From the NCBI GenBank assembly GCA_001767925.1, contig MEMM01000162.1:1-50277 (forward strand): 50,277 nucleotides of DNA. The letters are read 5' to 3'. A program made the position numbers and the translations under genes. The stretch comes from Alphaproteobacteria bacterium RIFCSPHIGHO2_12_FULL_63_12 (GTDB lineage: Bacteria; Pseudomonadota; Alphaproteobacteria; Caulobacterales; Parvularculaceae). Position 1 is the stretch's first letter, and each line of letters starts with the position of its first letter. The notes under the pieces were generated by a model. That model was not told the DNA's origin and did not search any database. It saw only the letters and a program-made list of their open reading frames with translations. Below, in pieces: positions 37,634-47,217 of this stretch.

Positions 37634-38866
37634 TCAGCCAATGACGCCGCGCGCCTTCAGCGCGGCGCGCTCGCCGGCTCCCGCAAATTCCGACAGAACT
37701 TCATCCGTATGCGCCCCAAGCGACGGCGGCGCGCCGTCGTCAAGCGCCGGCGTTCGCGAATATTTGACCGGGTGAACGACCATCCGCCTGCCGCCGGCGT
37801 CCGGACGGTTGATGGCGGCCGTCATTGACCGCGCCGCGACATGCGGGTCGCTGAACACCGCGTCGATCGAATTGATCGCGCCGGCCGGGACCGACGCCGC
37901 CTCCATGAGGCCCAGCCACTCCGCCGTCGTTCGTGCACGCATTTTCGTCGAGATCGCCGCCGTTAGCGTTTCCCGGTTCGCAACGCGCGCCCGATTGGTT
38001 ATGTAGCGGTCGTCATCGACAAGCGCCGCCGCGCCGATCGTTTTGGCGAAAGATGAAAATTGCCCGTCATTGCCGACAGCGATGACGATATGGCCGTCCT
38101 TCGTCTCGAATACCTGATAGGGCGCGATATTGGGATGCGCGTTGCCGAGGCGCCGCGGCGCTGCGCCGGAGATCAGGAAGTTCGACGCCTGATTGGCGAG
38201 CATGGCGATCTGACAGTCCAGCAGCGCGACGTCGAGATGCTGGCCTTCGCCGGTGCGCTCGGTATGGCGGAGCGCGGCAAGAATTGAGGTCGCGGCGTAC
38301 ATTCCGGCGAAGAGATCGGCGACCGCGACGCCGACTTTCATCGGCGCCGCCCCCGCCGCGCCGTCGGGCTGTCCGGTGACGGACATCAGTCCGCCCATCG
38401 CCTGAATCATGTAATCATAGCCGGCGCGCGACGCATAAGGGCCGGATTGGCCAAAGCCGGTAATCGAACAATAGACAAGCCGCGGATTGATCCTGGATAG
38501 GGTTTCAAAGTCGAGACCGTATTTCTTCAAGCCGCCGACCTTGAAATTTTCAACCAGAATGTGGCTGCCGGCGGCGATCTTGCGGACCAGCGCGGCGCCG
38601 TCCGGCGCGGCGATATCAATCGCGACGGACTTTTTGTTGCGGTTCGCCGCAAGGAAATAGGCAGCGTCCGTCGTCTCGCCGTCGGCGTTCTTGAGGAAAG
38701 GCGGCCCCCAGCCGCGCGTGTCATCGCCAGCGCCCGGCTTTTCGATCTTGATGATCTCGGCGCCAAGGTCGCCAAGAAGCTGGCTCGCCCACGGCCCGGC
38801 AAGGACGCGGGAGAGGTCAAGCACGCGGACGCCCGCAAGGGCCGGGGGGGACGGAGTTTCGACCAT
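37634..38866 (-). CDS. CaiB/BaiF family III CoA transferase
   Basis: VLDLSRVLAGP, GDDTRGWGPP, NRNKKS, GFGQSGPY..RAGYD. Confidence 0.93.
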   Translation of the reverse strand: MVETPSPPALAGVRVLDLSRVLAGPWASQLLGDLGAEIIKIEKPGAGDDTRGWGPPFLKNADGETTDAAYFLAANRNKKSVAIDIAAPDGAALVRKIAAGSHILVENFKVGGLKKYGLDFETLSRINPRLVYCSITGFGQSGPYASRAGYDYMIQAMGGLMSVTGQPDGAAGAAPMKVGVAVADLFAGMYAATSILAALRHTERTGEGQHLDVALLDCQIAMLANQASNFLISGAAPRRLGNAHPNIAPYQVFETKDGHIVIAVGNDGQFSSFAKTIGAAALVDDDRYITNRARVANRETLTAAISTKMRARTTAEWLGLMEAASVPAGAINSIDAVFSDPHVAARSMTAAINRPDAGGRRMVVHPVKYSRTPALDDGAPPSLGAHTDEVLSEFAGAGERAALKARGVIG

Positions 38867-38997
38867 GGGGCGAACCATAAGCTCGGCGCGGGCCCTTTCA
38901 AGATGCCCCGGCCGCCGCCCGACGGTTTGACCGCGGACCCGGAAAAACCGATAGTTTTCAAATACCCTTGGGGCAAACAGGGAAAATGGGAGACGCT

Positions 38998-40614
38998 ATG
39001 AAGGGCCTGATGATGGACCGTCCGCTTCTGACGACGGAGATCCTGAAAAACGCCGTGAACAATTTCAGAAAGACTGAAATCGTCACCAGAACGGTTGAAG
39101 GCCCCATTCACCGCTATACGATTGCGGATTCTTACAGAAGAATCGCCAAGCTCGCCAATGCGCTGTCGCGTCTGGGCGTCAAATATGGCGATCGCGTCGG
39201 TGTCATCGGCTGGAACACCTATCGTCAGTTTGAAATGTATTACGCCGTCGGCGGGCTGGGCGCGGTCCTTCATACCGTCAATCCGCGCCTGGGGCCGGAA
39301 AACGCCGCCTTCGTCATCAATCACGCCGAAGACGATTTTCTGTTTTACGACACCACCTTTGCGCCGCTGGTGTCGGCGCTGCGCGGCAAGCTGAAGACGG
39401 TCAGGAAATTCATTCTTATGACCGACGAAAAGCATGCGCTTGAGGCCGGAACGGGCGATGGCGATTATGAAAGCCTGATCGCCGGCGAAAGCGACGACTT
39501 CGAGTGGCCGGAATTTGACGAAAACACGGCGGTCGCCATGTGCTACACCTCTGGGACGACAGGCGATCCCAAGGGCGTCGTCTATTCGCACCGCTCCTGC
39601 GTCATCCAGACGCTCGCGAGCTGCCTGCCGACGGCGCTCGGCTGCAAGGAAGGCGATGTCCTGCTTCCCGTCGTTCCGATGTTTCACGTCAATGCATGGA
39701 ACACGCCCTATTCGGCGCTGATGGTCGGTGCCAAGCAGGTGTTCCCCGGACCAAAGCTCGACGGCGAAAGCCTTTATGAACTGCTTGCGGCGGAAAAGGT
39801 CAATTATTCCCTCGGTGTGCCGACGGTCTGGCTAGGCCTTCTTCAATATATGGAGAAAACCGGCAAGGAGCTGCCACATTTGCGCAAGGGCCTGTGCGGC
39901 GGGTCGGCGCTCCCGGAAGCGCTCATTCGCGGATTTGAAAAGCACGGGATAGAATTGCAGCAAGGCTGGGGCATGACGGAAATGAGTCCGATCGGCACCG
40001 TCAATGTTTTGCCGCCGTCGATCATGGCGCTGCCGCAGAACGAGCGCATCAAATATCAGCTGAAGGCTGGGCGCGCACTGCCTTTTGTCGATATGCGCAT
40101 CGTCGCGGACGACGGGAAAGTGTTGCCGCGCGACGGCGTTTCGGACGGCCGCCTGCAGGTGCGGGGACCCTCGATCGTCAATTCCTATTTCAAGGCGAAG
40201 GACCAGACGCTGACCGGCGACGGATGGTTCGACACCGGCGATGTCGCGATTATCGACGAAGACGGTTTCATGCAGATCACCGACCGCGCCAAGGATGTGA
40301 TCAAGACCGGCGGCGAGTGGGTCTCGTCGATCGACATTGAAAATGCGGCATTGATGCATCCCGGAGTCGCCAACGCCGCTGTGATCGGCGTCGCGCACCC
40401 GAAATGGCAGGAGCGTCCGCTGTTGATCGTCGTCAAGCGCGAAGGCCAGAATCCCGATCCCGACGAAATCAGGGAATTCCTGAAAGGAAGGCTCGACAAG
40501 ATCGCGTGGCCGGACGCCGTCGAATTCGTGCCGGAATTGCCGCTCGGCGCCACCGGAAAAGTATTGAAGACGGAACTACGAAAGAAATTCAGGAATTACG
40601 TGTTGCCGGCCTGA
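38998..40614 (+). CDS. Acyl-CoA synthetase (AlkK/DmdB-like fatty-acid CoA ligase)
   Basis: YTSGTTGDPKGV, WGMTEMSP, WFDTGD, DRAKDVIKTGGEW. Confidence 0.93.
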   Translation: MKGLMMDRPLLTTEILKNAVNNFRKTEIVTRTVEGPIHRYTIADSYRRIAKLANALSRLGVKYGDRVGVIGWNTYRQFEMYYAVGGLGAVLHTVNPRLGPENAAFVINHAEDDFLFYDTTFAPLVSALRGKLKTVRKFILMTDEKHALEAGTGDGDYESLIAGESDDFEWPEFDENTAVAMCYTSGTTGDPKGVVYSHRSCVIQTLASCLPTALGCKEGDVLLPVVPMFHVNAWNTPYSALMVGAKQVFPGPKLDGESLYELLAAEKVNYSLGVPTVWLGLLQYMEKTGKELPHLRKGLCGGSALPEALIRGFEKHGIELQQGWGMTEMSPIGTVNVLPPSIMALPQNERIKYQLKAGRALPFVDMRIVADDGKVLPRDGVSDGRLQVRGPSIVNSYFKAKDQTLTGDGWFDTGDVAIIDEDGFMQITDRAKDVIKTGGEWVSSIDIENAALMHPGVANAAVIGVAHPKWQERPLLIVVKREGQNPDPDEIREFLKGRLDKIAWPDAVEFVPELPLGATGKVLKTELRKKFRNYVLPA

Positions 40615-41231
40615 GGCGCGGCCGCGGCGACGCGCAGATCATTGCGGAACCGGACGCCCGCGACCCGCTCAAGCCCTTTGCAGATGTCGGGCGTCTTCTT
40701 GCGCTCGTTTTCGATGAATTCGAGCCCGGTTTTGCGCGAATTGATCCAGACCGAAAGGCGCTCGTGCAGCCTCGCGCGCTTTTCATCCGACATCGTCAGG
40801 TCTTCATCGAGCCGCTCCGTAATCGCGGCGATGCGGTCGCTGCCTTCGATGATCGCTTCCAGCGGAAATATCTCGCTGATCACATGCACATGTATTCGGG
40901 CGCGCAGATCCATATCCTGGATATCGAACAGCCTTTCGCGGTTGCGGTCATAAACTTCCGCCTCCCGCATCGCGGTGCGGAATAGGCGCATCGTCACCGG
41001 TCCCCAGGGGTCGCCGAATTTTTGCGAGCGCATCGCGCGGTCGACAAGCTCGTCGATTGATCCGAGAATTTCGCCAAAGAATCGCGCGGCGTCGCGCTCG
41101 CGCCGCCGCCGCTCGATCGCATCTTCATAATGCTCGCTGACGACGCCGCCGATGGTGGCGAGCATCGCGCCGATGACGACCGCCAAAAGCGTGTCGAGGT
41201 TTCCGATGAAATCAAAAGCGTCCTGGCGCAT
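40596..41231 (-). CDS. Hypothetical protein with N-terminal TM helix
   Basis: Fills the gap downstream of ccrM; SD-like AGGGG; helical character. Confidence 0.7.
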   Translation of the reverse strand: MRQDAFDFIGNLDTLLAVVIGAMLATIGGVVSEHYEDAIERRRRERDAARFFGEILGSIDELVDRAMRSQKFGDPWGPVTMRLFRTAMREAEVYDRNRERLFDIQDMDLRARIHVHVISEIFPLEAIIEGSDRIAAITERLDEDLTMSDEKRARLHERLSVWINSRKTGLEFIENERKKTPDICKGLERVAGVRFRNDLRVAAAAPQAGNT

Positions 41232-41428
41232 GTTTCGCCCCTGTTGACCGAAACGCCGAAAATAAATCCTTATACTGTTCGATTAAAGTCGTATAGCGCG
41301 GGTCCAACACGCGGGGCGACGGGCGCTAATTTTTCTGGCCGCGCGACCATGGAAAAATCGCAAACGCCCTTTCCTGTCGCGCCTTTGCAGTAAGGCGCGC
41401 GATGCGCCGGCGGACGGCGGAAGCGCGA

Positions 41429-42616
<1,188 letters not shown>

Positions 42617-42633
42617 TCAAGGACGCGGAGAAT

Positions 42634-42727
42634 GAGTCAGGCGGGACTCGCCGTCAATAAAAACCTTTTGGTATCAATGTATTAACAATGGTTACCGAGT
42701 CGTTGACAAAAGCGGCTTTGACGACTC
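42634..42727. promoter_or_regulatory. ccrM promoter region: four GANTC sites and an IHF-consensus site
   Basis: GANTC at 42634, 42645, 42697, 42723; TATCAATGTATTA (42672-42684) equals WATCAANNNNTTR. Confidence 0.6.
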
Positions 42728-43327
42728 TTCATACAACATGTTGTGGATCGGCGAGAATGATCGCCGATGATGTGGGGTGACGCCGAAGCGCAGCAAAGCC
42801 TCGCGATGCGCCGGCGCCGCATAGCCTTTATTCGCGTGCCAGCAATAATTCGGATAATCGCGTGCGAGTTCGCGCATCATCCGGTCGCGCGTCGTCTTGG
42901 CGATGATCGACGCCGCCGCAATCGACATTGATTTCAGATCGCCTTTGACCACGGTGTAGGCGGGGCATCTGAGTTTCGGCTTGATGTTGCCGTCGACGAT
43001 AGCGATCGCAGGCAAAACCGGGAGATTGGCGACAGCGCGCGCCATCGCAAGCAGGGACGCGCGCAAGATATTCATCGAATCGATTTCTTCAACGCTGGCG
43101 ACGCCGACGCCGATGCGCGCCGATTGCCAGAGCGCGGCGGCAAGCTCGCGCCGGCGCTTTTCGGTCAGGGTCTTCGAATCGCGTAGGCCCTCCGGCGTGT
43201 TCGCGCGGTCGAGAATGACCGCCCCGGCGACGACGGGTCCTGCCCACGGCCCGCGCCCGGCCTCATCGACGCCGGCGACCAGGCCGTCAAACTGGTCCTC
43301 GATCTCGAATGTTGGCGTTTCAACCAT
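42692..43327 (-). CDS. rnhB: Ribonuclease HII
   Basis: GVDEAGRGP, DSK, IAAASIIAK, NKGY, HRRSF. Confidence 0.96.
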   Translation of the reverse strand: MVETPTFEIEDQFDGLVAGVDEAGRGPWAGPVVAGAVILDRANTPEGLRDSKTLTEKRRRELAAALWQSARIGVGVASVEEIDSMNILRASLLAMARAVANLPVLPAIAIVDGNIKPKLRCPAYTVVKGDLKSMSIAAASIIAKTTRDRMMRELARDYPNYCWHANKGYAAPAHREALLRFGVTPHHRRSFSPIHNMLYEESSKPLLSTTR

Positions 43328-43447
43328 GACGCTCCCCGGAGCGGTTCAGTTCGCTAACAATGCTTCGCCGATTCGCACGGGGCCGAAACGAAGCTTCGGC
43401 GGCTTGTGGGAAACCAGTCGCCGTCGCCCGGCCAAGTCGTCGACCGG

Positions 43448-43753
43448 TCATCCCTTCTTCTTGTGTGCTTCCTCGAAGGCCGCCAGCTGTTCGGCCGTCG
43501 CCTCTTTGTGGTGGCGCTTTTTCCACTCGGCGTAGGGCATGCCGTAAACCGCCTCGCGCGCCTCGTCTTTGGTGAGTGCGATCCCCCGCGCGTCCGCAGC
43601 CTCCTTCATCCAGTCGCCAAGGCAGTTGCGGCAGAACCCCGCGAGAATCATCAAGTCGATATTCTGGACGTCCGTCCGCTCCCCCAGATGCGCGACAAGC
43701 CGGCGAAACGCGGCGGCTTCGATGTCGGTTCGCGATTGTTGATCGGCAGTCAT
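43448..43753 (-). CDS. DUF1244 family protein
   Basis: EAAAFRRLV, RTDVQNIDLM.LAGFCRNCL, YGMPY.EWK. Confidence 0.88.
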   Translation of the reverse strand: MTADQQSRTDIEAAAFRRLVAHLGERTDVQNIDLMILAGFCRNCLGDWMKEAADARGIALTKDEAREAVYGMPYAEWKKRHHKEATAEQLAAFEEAHKKKG

Positions 43754-43802
43754 TTCGCGGCCTCCCGGGTTGCGCATGGCCGGATTACTTTAGCGCTTGC
43801 GT

Positions 43803-44918
43803 TCAGAACAAGGAAAGCTGCGTGATCTTTTCCTCCGGCCGACGGAAGAGTCCGGGGTCCAGACGCGGCGAATCGATGGCGATTCCCGTTCGTCTCGCGC
43901 CTTTTTTAAATCTTTCATCGAGCAGTTTGGCGAAAACGCTGCGCGGCCCTTTGGCCCTAGACCACTCGACATCGTAATCGCGGCCGCCGTTCATGTCCTG
44001 AATATGCCGCATGACGCGCGCGGCCCTGTCCGGATACGCCGCTTCGAGCCATTCCCGGAAAAGGCCGGATACTTCAAGCGGCAATCTTATGATCGTATAC
44101 CCGGCCCATTGCGCGCCGGCGTCTTTCGCCGCTTCGAGGATTTCCTCCATCTCGTGATCGTTAAGGCCGGGGATCATCGGCGCCGTCATCACGCCGACCG
44201 GAATGCCAGCCTCGCTCAGCGCGCGGATCGCCGCGAGGCGCCTCGCCGGCGCCGAGGCGCGCGGCTCCATCGCGCGCGCGAGCTTTCTGTCAAGCGTCGT
44301 CACCGACAGCATCGTCTTGACGATCCCGGCGTCGGCCATCGGCTTCAAAAGGTCGATGTCGCGCGTGATGAGCGACGATTTCGTCAACACGGAAACCGGG
44401 TGATTATATTTCGCGAGCACGCCGAGAACGTCGCGCATAATCGCGAATTTCTTGTCGATCGGCTGATAGGGGTCGGTATTCGTGCCGATCGCGATATGCC
44501 GGGCCCGATAGGATTTCGCGGCGAGTTCGCGGTCGAGGAGCGCGGCGGCGTTCGGCTTGGCGAAGAGCTTGGTTTCGAAATCGAGGCCCGCCGAAAGCCC
44601 GTAATAAGCGTGGGTCGGACGCGCGAAACAATAAATGCAGCCGTGCTCGCAACCGCGATAGGGATTGATCGAGCGGTCAAAGCCGACAAAGGGACTTGCG
44701 ACGTAATTGATGATCGTCCGCGGCGTTTCCGCCGTGACGTCGGTTCGAAGCGGCGGAAGGTCTTCGTCGCGATCCCAGCCGTCGTCCGCGCCTTCGCGGG
44801 CGAGCTTTTCGAACCGGCCCGAAACATTGGAACGCGCGCCGCGGCCCTTCGCTGGGGCTGGCGGTCTGACCTCTAATGGGCGGTTAGAGGAGGAGGAAGG
44901 GCCAACGGCGCGCGTCAT
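43803..44918 (-). CDS. PA0069/Rv2578c family radical SAM protein (SplB-like, putative DNA repair)
   Basis: NPYRGCEHGCIYCFAR (CxxxCxxC), GTNTDPYQP. Confidence 0.9.
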   Translation of the reverse strand: MTRAVGPSSSSNRPLEVRPPAPAKGRGARSNVSGRFEKLAREGADDGWDRDEDLPPLRTDVTAETPRTIINYVASPFVGFDRSINPYRGCEHGCIYCFARPTHAYYGLSAGLDFETKLFAKPNAAALLDRELAAKSYRARHIAIGTNTDPYQPIDKKFAIMRDVLGVLAKYNHPVSVLTKSSLITRDIDLLKPMADAGIVKTMLSVTTLDRKLARAMEPRASAPARRLAAIRALSEAGIPVGVMTAPMIPGLNDHEMEEILEAAKDAGAQWAGYTIIRLPLEVSGLFREWLEAAYPDRAARVMRHIQDMNGGRDYDVEWSRAKGPRSVFAKLLDERFKKGARRTGIAIDSPRLDPGLFRRPEEKITQLSLF

Positions 44919-44941
44919 TTGGGGATGTTAGCGTCGGAATA

Positions 44942-44956
44942 GAACAAATCAAGAAC
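44942..44956 (-). promoter_or_regulatory. Alphaproteobacterial LexA (SOS) box
   Basis: GAAC-N7-GAAC (GTTC-N7-GTTC on minus), 24 bp upstream of the radical SAM start. Confidence 0.8.
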
Positions 44957-45104
44957 ATTTTTTCCCCGGCCCGGCGTTTCAGCGCTCGTGCATCGGTGAA
45001 TTGCCGTCAAAATCGCGATCTCGTATCTTCCGCCGCCGCCGTAAGGGCCTTGTTGCGTTTATCGGCCCGAGCAGAGAGCGGCAGCCCTATCAAAAGGAAT
45101 TCCA

Positions 45105-45488
45105 ATGGCGATTTTCACGCACATGGTGGTCGGCACCAACGACCTCGAACGTTCGAAGAAATTCTACAATGCGGCGCTTGGCGCGATCGGCCTCAAGAGC
45201 GTCGGCCCGATGGGCGCCAACGGTCACATGTGGGGCAAAGAGGGCCCTGAATTCATCGTGACGAAACCGGCGAACGGTTTGCCGGCGACTTACGCGAATG
45301 GCGGCACGATCGGTTTTGCGGCGCCGAATCGCAAGGCCGTTCACGCCTTTCACGAAGAAGGCCTAAAGGCCGGCGGCACCTGCGAAGGCAAGCCGGGCCC
45401 GCGCAGCTTCACGCCGACAGCCTATGCGTCCTATCTTCGCGACCCGGACGGCAACAAGATCTGCACCTACTGCTTTGCGGCGGAATAA
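45105..45488 (+). CDS. VOC/glyoxalase family protein
   Basis: GTNDLERSKKFY, NGGTIGF, YLRDPDGNK. Confidence 0.9.
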   Translation: MAIFTHMVVGTNDLERSKKFYNAALGAIGLKSVGPMGANGHMWGKEGPEFIVTKPANGLPATYANGGTIGFAAPNRKAVHAFHEEGLKAGGTCEGKPGPRSFTPTAYASYLRDPDGNKICTYCFAAE

Positions 45489-45578
45489 CCAAAGCGCGGC
45501 TGAGGTCGCGGCTTGATCTGGAACGGCGCGCGGTCTCGAATGATCGCGCGCCGTTTTTGCATGAAGGGGCTTTTGACG

Positions 45579-46733
45579 ATGGCGAGAAAAATCGGATTCG
45601 CGCTGGTCCTGGCGATTGCGGCCGCCGCCGGTGTCTTCTTTTTTGTCGTACCCTCGCGCGTCGACCGGTCGCTGAACAAGATTGTTCCGCATGCGCCCTA
45701 TGAAGTTAGCGAGGAAGCGCAGGCGCTCCACGAGAGCCTTCGCCTCGCCGATTTGCATGACGATGCGCTGCTCTGGGACAGGGATTTTTCAAAACGGCAG
45801 ACGCGCGGCCATACCGACGCGCCGCGGCTGATCGAGGGCGGTTATCGACTGCAAATCCTCGCGGCCGTCACCAAAACGCCCAAAAACATGAATTATGACC
45901 AGAACAGCGGCGATACCGACAACATCACCTTGTTGACGATCGCCCAGCGGTGGCCGGTCAAGACCTGGTCGAGCCTCGCCGAGCGCGCGTTGCATATCGC
46001 AAGGCGGGCGCATGAGGCCGAGCGGCGCTCGTCCGGCGCCGTCGCCATTATTCGCTCGAAGGAAGACCTGCGCGAGCGAATGGAGGCGGAAGGACTTGCC
46101 GTCATCCTGGCGACCGAAGGCGCGCATCCCTTGGAAGGCGATCTTGAAAATATCGACCGGCTCTACGATGCCGGCTACCGCGTTCTCGGCTTGCAGCATT
46201 TTTTCGACAACGAGCTTGGCGGGTCGCTGCACGGCGCATCCCATCGAGGGCTTACGGAATTTGGGCGAAAAGCGGTCGCCGCCGCGCAGGAAAAAGGCAT
46301 GATTATCGACATCGCTCATTCGTCGGAAGCGGTCGTTCGCGATGTCCTCGCCATTTCTTCCGCGCCGATCATCGTCTCGCATACCGGTCTTCGCGGAAAT
46401 TGCGACAGTCCGCGCAATCTTCCTGACGAGTTGATGATAGAAACAGCGGCGAAAGGCGGCCTTATCGGCGTTGGCTTCTGGGACGGCGCTGTTTGCGACC
46501 CGAGCGTTCCGTCGATCGCCCGCGCCATCGCCTACGCCGTCGACCTTGTCGGCGCGGATCATGTGGCGCTCGGATCGGATTACGACGGGGCGACAACCGT
46601 TCCTTTTGACGCCTCCGAGGCGGCGGCGTTGACGCAGGCGCTGCTCAATGAAGGGCTCGATGCGGCGACGATCAAGGCGGTGATGGGCGAGACCGCCATC
46701 CGGTTTTTTGAAGAAAATCTGCCCGAGAAATAA
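45579..46733 (+). CDS. Membrane dipeptidase (peptidase M19)
   Basis: ADLHDD, EGAH, IDIAHSS, VSHTG, LGSDYDG; N-terminal TM. Confidence 0.9.
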   Translation: MARKIGFALVLAIAAAAGVFFFVVPSRVDRSLNKIVPHAPYEVSEEAQALHESLRLADLHDDALLWDRDFSKRQTRGHTDAPRLIEGGYRLQILAAVTKTPKNMNYDQNSGDTDNITLLTIAQRWPVKTWSSLAERALHIARRAHEAERRSSGAVAIIRSKEDLRERMEAEGLAVILATEGAHPLEGDLENIDRLYDAGYRVLGLQHFFDNELGGSLHGASHRGLTEFGRKAVAAAQEKGMIIDIAHSSEAVVRDVLAISSAPIIVSHTGLRGNCDSPRNLPDELMIETAAKGGLIGVGFWDGAVCDPSVPSIARAIAYAVDLVGADHVALGSDYDGATTVPFDASEAAALTQALLNEGLDAATIKAVMGETAIRFFEENLPEK

Positions 46734-46734
46734 T

Positions 46735-47142
46735 ATGCCCGCCGGCTATTCCGGAACGCCGCTTTGGAAAAAACTCGGCTACAAACCGGGGACATCCGCC
46801 TATGTGTGCGACGCGCCCGGGAATTATCGCGCGTTATTGGCGCCGTTGCCCGAGGGCGTCGTCTTTCGCAAGGCGCCCGGCAACAAACTTGAGCTTGCGC
46901 ATATATTCGTCGCTGAACGGCGGCGCCTCGAAATCATGGCGCCGAAATTGGTCGAGGCGATACGTCCCGCCGGCATGATCTGGGTCTCCTGGCCGAAAAA
47001 ATCGTCCGGCGTCCGGTCCGACATGACCGAAGACGTCATTCGTGAAATTGCGCTGTCTTTGGGGCTCGTCGACGTCAAGGTCTGCGCGGTCGATGAAATC
47101 TGGTCTGGATTAAAACTAGTGATCCGAAAGGAGCTTCGATAG
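46735..47142 (+). CDS. DUF3052-like protein
   Basis: GYSGTPL.KKLG, IWVSWPKK, GLVDVKVCAVDE.WSGLK. Confidence 0.75.
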   Translation: MPAGYSGTPLWKKLGYKPGTSAYVCDAPGNYRALLAPLPEGVVFRKAPGNKLELAHIFVAERRRLEIMAPKLVEAIRPAGMIWVSWPKKSSGVRSDMTEDVIREIALSLGLVDVKVCAVDEIWSGLKLVIRKELR

Positions 47143-47217
47143 ACGGCAAATTCTGGCGCCGCAGAATTCGCGTCAGGAGACAGCCTTACTTTTTTCGTCA
47201 CGCGCGGCAAAAGCACG

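Noticed and set aside
47149-47168. AATTCTG-N6-CAGAATT hairpin between convergent genes
   Set aside because: Weak stem without an adjacent U tract; not called as a terminator
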